Source of the DNA: Octopus sinensis
Taxonomy: Eukaryota
DNA: 64,000 nt
Assembly: GCF_006345805.1 (NCBI RefSeq)
Contig: NC_043002.1
Coordinates: 89,342,001 to 89,406,000, forward strand
Direction of reading: 5' to 3'
Made by a program: the position numbers and the translations under genes. The notes beneath the pieces are model-generated. The model made no database searches. It was not told where the DNA came from and worked only from the letters and a program-made list of their open reading frames with translations. Shown here one piece after another: positions 21,747 to 30,000 of this stretch. The first letter of the stretch is position 1, and every line of letters begins with the position of its first letter.

Positions 21747-24700
21747 GCGTGCGTGTTTATATGTTTGTGTATACATATGTCTAAATATGTATGTATGTAT
21801 GTGTGTGTTTGTATGTCAATATTCAATTTAATGTTTTGACCACTTTCCAAATGATTCTTATCTAATATGTATTTAGTGGTGGTGGACTAGCAGAATTGGC
21901 AGTCATTAGAATGTCTGACAAAATGGTCTGTGGTATTTAGTTATACTTTTTTACTTTCTGATTCCAAATCCTGCTATGGTCAGTGTTGCATTTAATCTTT
22001 TTGGATGTGATTTGAAGTAGATTTGGTTGAGTAATTGCATGGAATTTTATGCTAGCGTTGAATGAAGTATGTCAATACAGTGGAGCCTATCCTTTCCCAG
22101 CAATACTCAGGAGAGAATTTAAATTCAGCACCTTCAAAATGCTATCTGATACAGTACTCCCAATGTCTACAGCTGTTAGCTGCACCCATTGAGTGTTCCT
22201 AATTGAAATGCCAGAATCAATATAATTGACTATAACCAACACTGCCAAGGAAAAAAAAAAAAAAAAAAGCAACATTTGTTAGAAAATCAATGTTGCTATT
22301 TAAAAGAGAATGTGTAAGCTATATAACTTTATATTCAGATGTTAAGCTTTGCATCTCTAAAAAATATGTCAAGAAATATTACTGAAATATAGTAATGTTT
22401 CAATTTGACCATAGGCACAGTTCCAGGTGCAGCCCCACTGTGCAGCACAGCTCCAAGTTGACCAAATCCTTGAGAGTGGATCTGATAGATTAAAACAGAA
22501 AGAAGCCTGTTGTGTGTGTGTGAGTGTAGCCCCACTGTGTGGCACTTTGGGCAAGAGTCTTCTACAGCTCCAGGTTGACCAAATCCTTGAGAGTGGATCT
22601 GATAGATTAAAACTGAAAGAAGCCTGTTGTGTGTGTGTGTGTGTGTGTGTGTATGTAGATGTGTGGGTGTTTGAAGATGTGTAGATGTGTGTATGGGACA
22701 ACTGGTGTTGATTTGTTTACATCTCTGTAGCTTAGCAGTTTGGCATAAGAGACTGATAGAATAAGTACCGGGCTTAAAATATAAAACCAAGAAAAAATAC
22801 TGGAGTCAATTAATTTGAGTGAAAACCCTTGAAAGCAGTGCCCCAGCATGGCCAATGTTCACATACTGAAACAAGAAAAAGAAAAGATATAAAGATATTA
22901 CCGAAAAGATTGAAACAATGTTGAAGATGTAAATTTCAATTGATGGTATGAATTAAGTACATAAATTTATTTGTTTCATTTGGATAACATTTAACCCTTT
23001 CGTTACCAACCCGGCTGAAACCACCTCTGACTCTGTAGTACAAATGTCTCGTTTTCATAAGCTTTGAATTAAAGTCTTCCACCAAACCTTAGTCACAATT
23101 TATGTTCCTAACACTGGCTTAATGACAACTAAGTTATTTTGCTAAATTCTTTGTTATATTTAAAGTAATTGAAAGAAACACAGAGCATCTCAAAATAAAT
23201 ACAGAAACGAAAGGGTTAAATAATTAATAACAACCATCATTGTATAACAAAACACTTTGTTTTCTGAACTTATGTTAAACAGTGGATAGTTTTTGATTTT
23301 AATCGAAATCGATCAACATCAATGGAAATTGTAGCTGTGATACTAGTGCCGGTGGCACGTAAAAGAACCAACTGAACGTGGCCGCTGCCAGCGCTGTACC
23401 GACTGGCCTCCGTGCCGGTGGCATGTACAAAGCACCATCCGATTGTGGCCATTGCCAGCCTTGCCTGGCTTCCGTGCCGGTGGCACGTAAAAAGCACCAT
23501 CCAATCGTGGCCGTTTGCCTGCCTTGTCTGGCACCTGTGCCGGTGGCACGTAAAAGGCACCCGCTACACTCACAGGGTGGTTGGTGTTAGGTAGGGCATC
23601 CAGCTGTAGAAACACTGCCAGATCAGACTGGGCCTGGTGCAGCCTTCTGGCTTCCCAGACCCCAGTTGAACCGTCCAACCCATGCTAGCATGGAAAGCGG
23701 ATGTTAAACGATGTTGATGATGATGATGATGATTTACTGAAGGCAGTTACCTGGCAGAATCATTAGCATGCCAGGCAAAATGCTTAGCATTTCGTCTGTC
23801 TTTATGTTCTGAGTGCATATTTCACTGAGCTTGACTTTGCCTTTCATCCTTTTGGGGTTGAAAAAATAAATACCAGTTGAACACTGTGGTCAATGTAACT
23901 GACCTAACTCCTCCCCCAAAATTGCTGGCCTTGTACCAAAATTTGAAACCAATATCATCTTTGGTGTCTTTCTTAATCTTTGTCATTTATTAAGTCTGTA
24001 TCACTGTCTATGCTCAGGGTTCCAGAAGATTTTTGCACCAAAGGAAGACAGCAGATAATCACGATTACAGTAATCTGTCGCCATATCGTGTTTTATTATT
24101 TAAGCTTACTTAAATTCCTCCATTGTGTTGTTTTGCATTTATAATAAAATAAATATATACAAATTATAAAAATAATTAAAAAAAATATACTGTACATTAC
24201 TGTTTCTACTTTGCGAATTTTCATCTATCACGGGGGGGTTTTGGAACATAGCACCTGCAATAGTTGAGGGATTACTGTACACTAAATCAGTCTTGAAGAT
24301 GCTGATCAGTTGTTTTTTCTTTCAGCTGTTCCTCTATAATAGGATTAAATATGTTTTTATACACTGAATTAATTATTCCGTTTTCTTATGTTGTTCTATT
24401 TATTTATTTTTTCATATTTTCCCTTTTCAGCCAATTTTCTTAGTTACATTTCTACAGCATGCATGTTTGGCAAAGCTCTTAACTTCCTTCTTTTCTTGAA
24501 ACAAGGACCTATATATGGATTGTGTTTTGCTATTCCTTGTTTATGTAAGTATATTTTATATTGCTCCTGAACTTGTTTACATATCTACTCTCTTTTTTAA
24601 CCCTTTTCTTACCAAATTTCTGTTAAACTATACTGCCTTTGTTTCAGTTAATTTTAAAAAGAATGAAGAATTTAGTGAAATAATTTTGTCATTATTAAGT

Positions 24701-26939
24701 GGGTATCATCATCATTGTTCGACCATGGGCGAGACAATGGAGTTTACTATGCTACGCCAGACTTCACGGTCCATCATAGCATTACGGAGGTCCTGTTGCT
24801 GGATGCCTGTATCCCTGGAGATTACATCAGGGTAGGAGAGTGTGCACCCTCTGGTATCGCGAGCAGATGGCTTCCAGAGGAGAAGAGTAGAAATTGCCTC
24901 GTTTTCAGCTCTACAACAATGTCCAGCAAACTGGACTCTTCTACCTTTCACAAGAGATGACACAGATGGTAGTTCCCCATATATTTGCATTTTGATTGGA
25001 TGACGCTTCCACGAGAGATTTTGAGTTCTCATAAGGAGGTGAGTGTAAGTTCCGTCCAACTGCCTCTCAAGCTTCTTTGATGACGTCCAGGTTTCTGAGC
25101 CATATAGTAGAATTGGTTCGACTGTGGCTTTGAAGATTTTAAGCAGGTATATGGAACATAAATTAAGAAGGAATTTTCATGGAAGGTTTTGACTTAGACC
25201 ACTTTAAAACAAGAAGTTTGTATCATAGAATGAATGTCAGTCTCAGGCAGGTTGGTATCAAAATGAGTTAAGTTCCTGAATAATATAGATCATCATGGGG
25301 AACATTTTGTTTCAAAAATATCTATTTAAGTGTTATTATAATATTTGTGAAGGTGCATGGCGCAGTGATTAGAGTGTTTGGCTCACAATCATGAGGCTGT
25401 GAGTTTGATTCCTGGACCAGGCTGTGTGTGTTGTGTACTTGAGCAAGATGCTTTATTTCACTCAGCTGTAGGAACGAGTTGTGATATCACTGGTGCCAAG
25501 CTGTATCAGCATTTGCCTTTCCTTTGGATAACATCAGTGGTGTGGAGAGGAGAGGCTGGCATGCATGGGCGAATGCTGGTCTTCCATAAACAACCTTACC
25601 CAGACCTGTGACTTAGAAGAGAATCTTCCTAGGTGCAATCCCATGGTTATTCATGACTGAGGGGGTGGTCTTTACCCTATAATATTTGCAGGATTTGTAA
25701 ATACACAAAAATGTCTTAACTTTCATTGGACATTTATTTGGTTATATTTTTATGATACCTTATAATATGAGTAAAATCTTCCCTGGAGTTCCCAACAAAG
25801 CTGAATTAAGCGGATAAGAATATGACACCTTGTATCGAAGTCGGATGTAGAGGGTTTGTTGGACACAGCGTGAGATGACTGTTGTTATCGCTAGGCCTAA
25901 CTCATCGTAAAGTCAATACCACCATGACTGATATCCAATCTACAGTGGAGAAGGCTAGCCACTGGATTTGGTTAAAAAGAGACGATGAGCGATGGCTAGA
26001 AGTATATTGAGTTCTTCATAACCAGCTGATCTAGCAAGCGGGGCCTCATATCAGTGAGGGGGGGGCCGGTGCGCATTGATGCCGTCGAGAGGTAAGCCCC
26101 GAAACGGCGCGCATTCTCTCCTGATGACCCCATACGCTTGCTAGCTTCCGGTACACGGAGTTTTTAACTGGTAGCACTTGCATGTACAAGTTGTTTGCAA
26201 GACATTATTTCTTGAAGTTAAAATGTTATTTTCTTGTGTCATATTCAGTCCCATTCTCTGATGATTATCTTTGAGATCAATTGTATGACTATTAATGAAG
26301 TAGAATTTGAATGATTGCACAAGATCACCATTTGACCACAAAGGATTATAAGAAGTATTATGCATTGAAAACAGATCCTCACACCAACTGTGGAATGTGC
26401 AACTAGTGCAATGAGATCGTTGACCACATTATTTCTGGCTATCCAGTCTTAGCCAAACCTGAATATATACTCAGACATGATGAGGTTGGCAGTTATATCC
26501 ACTAGGCAATATCTTGACAATTTGATGTGAAAACAAACAAGTGGTATAAACATATACCAAACATAGTATATGATAATAACTTGGCCACAGTCATCTAGGA
26601 AAAGCCCATCTAGACTGAGGGAGAGAGATCAAGGCAAACCATTCTGACTTAAGAGACAGGGGAAAAAAACACATGCACACTGATAGGTTTTTTCAGACCC
26701 TTCGAAACAAAATATTGGTGAAAAAGGATTGAAAAAACACCTCAAAATCCAAAGGTCCTGAAATCAGAATATTCAAGATGTAGGGTATGAAGGTGAAAAC
26801 ATAACCAATAATAATTGGAGCATTAGGTTGGAAAAAATATATGAGCAAAAACATGTAAGCTCACAACTCTATACAATATCAAAAAAATAATTTTGCTAGG
26901 ATCAGCATTATTGATTCAATAAAACAACTCATATTGAAC

Positions 26940-27009
<70 letters not shown>

Positions 27010-30000
27010 TACTGTAGAATGTCCATTGAAGTAGTTCTTAAGTTATTTGTTTTTCTTTAAGAAAGAAAAAAAAAGAGTATTTTGGCTTTGTTTTGAAATG
27101 TTTTACTTTTTTGTTTTTTAGTACATCTCATATTTTGTCCAGAACCAGCCTATGCTGGCCCAGAGAATCTCACTTACTTCCGTGGCTCACACTTACCAGT
27201 AAGTGTTTGAAAACATTTCTCTTTGTAATTATCATACAACATATAAACACTAACATGCTTCGTATTAATTACTAAATACTGGTTAGATATAAGTTAATCA
27301 AGATATGTTTTAGTCAGATTGCTTTTAGAGTTTAGAGCTTCGGCTGGCTGAGTCAGTACAGTTTTGGACATAAGATATGCCGATGATCTCATCTATCCAG
27401 CTTTACATAGTTGCCATGAATGGCACAGCTTCCTGATGTAGGCAACCCAAACATTGTGTGAAATACTGTTTTGTTAGTTTGTAGTACTGTGTTCATGTCC
27501 TCTCTTGTGTACTGCTGGAGAGAGATAGAATCCACCATGTTGAATTGCTTCAGTCAGCTCTATCATGAGCCTCTACATGGTTGAAATAGTGGCCAAGTTT
27601 CTCTTGATTTATTGTCTCAAAAAAGAAAAAAAAACCATTAGATAATATAGTCTTACTTTGTTTTTGTGTCTGGTTTACAAGATTCTTTATGTGAATTCAT
27701 GTGTTGAGACAAATTTTGTTGTGTTAAGGGAGAGTCATTATGCACACGTATACACACAAATACATGTATAGGCACACATGCATACACAACAGGTGCACGT
27801 GCATACATAAACTCATACATACACTCAAGCATGCATGCACAAGGAAGCAAAAAGTACACACACGAGCACATGTGCACACTGACATGCAACAAGATCTAAA
27901 GCAGACAAATGTGGCCTCTGTGATGGACTAAGTCAGTCAATAGTCATAGTAAAGGTTGCAAGTAGCAACAAAAGAGCTTTGACAAACAAAAACAAAACAG
28001 ATGATTTACTGTTTAACCAAATTAAACAATCATGTAGTTAGTTGGATATTTAACCAATTGACTAATAATAAAGGAATGGAATTGAACCAGTGTGTGTGCT
28101 AATATTGGCGTAATGACTCTCCCAAAACACAAAATATAGTCCTAGTTATTCATGGATGTCTCTGCTCATAGGGCTACTCTTTCATATGATAATATTCAAT
28201 ATACAACAAAAAACTTTTACAAGCATTTTCTGTGTTTATATAAGGACTATTTAGAAAAATACCACAAATTAGATTACATGTCTGTAGTAATCAGAGGTTT
28301 TTATAGTGTGGTTAGAGTGTTGGGCTCACAATCACGAGGTAGTGAGTTCGATTTCTAGACTGGGCTGTGTCTTGTGTTCTTGAGCAAGACATTTTATTTC
28401 ACATTGCTCCAGTTCACTCAGCTGTAGAAATGGGTTGCCTTTCCCTTGGATAACATCAGTAGCATGGAGAGGGGGAGCTGGTATGCATGGGCAACTGTTG
28501 GCCTTTCACAAACAACCTTGCCTGGACTTGTGCTTTGGAGGGGAACTTTCTAGGTGTAATCTCATGGTCATTCATGACCGTAGGGGATCTTTACCCTTTA
28601 TAGTGTAATTCTCTCAGCTGTAAAATTGACAGACAATATAGTCGTATTTTTTCAACATTAGTAGATTGGAGTAAGCACACCTTGGTTTCAAGTGCAACAT
28701 GGTGGCAGAAAGGACATGATAACCTTACAACTATTTCTTTTAACAAAATTAGTTTCATTCCTTTTGACATTTTAGTTATGTAAATATTTGTGAAGGCACA
28801 TGGCTTAGTGGTTAGGATGTTGGGCTCACAATTGTGAGGTCATAGGTTTGATTCTTGGATCAGCTGGCATGTTGTGTCCTTGAGCAAAGCACATCGTTTC
28901 ACATTGCTCTATAGAACACTCGGCTGAAATTGAATACTAGTGGCAACTGGAGGGTGGGGTATCCCTGAGGTGGACTGAAATCTGAGCAGTCTAAAAATCC
29001 AGTTAAATATCAGCCTCATGAGCCATAAAGATGTAATTTTAATTTCTTAAATTTTTTTCTGTTTTATTTTTATAGGATGAAATTGAACGAGATAAAAGAA
29101 TTTCGTGGGTCATTGCTTTCTATGCTGCTTGGTCACCAGCTTGTATCAGCTTTGCTCCAATATTTGCTGAAGTTTCATCTGAGTAAGTGATTAAAATTGG
29201 TAGAAATAATATTCATTAAAATTATTGAAAATTGACTCATGTTTTTATCATCATTATATATATCATCATTTAATGTCCGCTTTCCATCCTAGCATGGGCT
29301 GGACGATTTGACTGAGGACTAGCGAATCAGATGGCTGCACCAGGCTCCAATCTGATCTGGCAGAGTTTATACAGTTTGATGCCCTTCCTAATGCCAACCA
29401 CTCTGAGAGTGTAGTAGGTGCTTTTATGTGCCAGTCTGGCAGTACTGGCAACGGCCATGGCTTGAAATGGTGTCTTTTACGTGCCATCTGCACAGGGGTC
29501 AGTCTAGCAGCACTGGCAACGACCTCGCTCGAATGTTTTGTTCACGTGCCAGTAAGGCGACGCTGATAACGATCACACTCAAATATTGCTTTTTATGTGC
29601 CTCTGGCAGTGATCCCGCTCAGATGGAGCTGTTAGCGCTCCACTGGCATGGGTGCCAGTCATCGAATTTGGTTCAATTTTGATTTCACTTGCCCCAACAG
29701 GTCTTCACAAGCAGAGTTTAGTGTCCAGTGAAGGGAGGTTGGCATGGGTGCCAGTTGTCGAATTTGGTTTGATTTCAAATTCAATTTCGATTTCACTTGC
29801 CTCAACAGGTCTTCACAAGCAGAGTTTTGTGTCCAAAGAAGGAAAGGTATGCATAAGTGGGCTGGCTACATCCCTAGCGAAGGCCACAGGTTATGGTCTC
29901 ACTTGTCCTGCCGGGTCTTCTCACACACCGCATATTTCCAAAGATCTCGGTCATTAGTCATTGCCTCGGTGAAGTCTAATGTTCGAAAGTCATGCTTCAC

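Noticed and set aside
26041-26130. Twister, pistol or HDV-like ribozyme assignment for the structured UTR
   Set aside because: It has AAGCCC and GAGGG-like words but lacks the required pseudoknot partners and P1 helices; a canonical type I/II/III hammerhead also fails because stem II cannot form.
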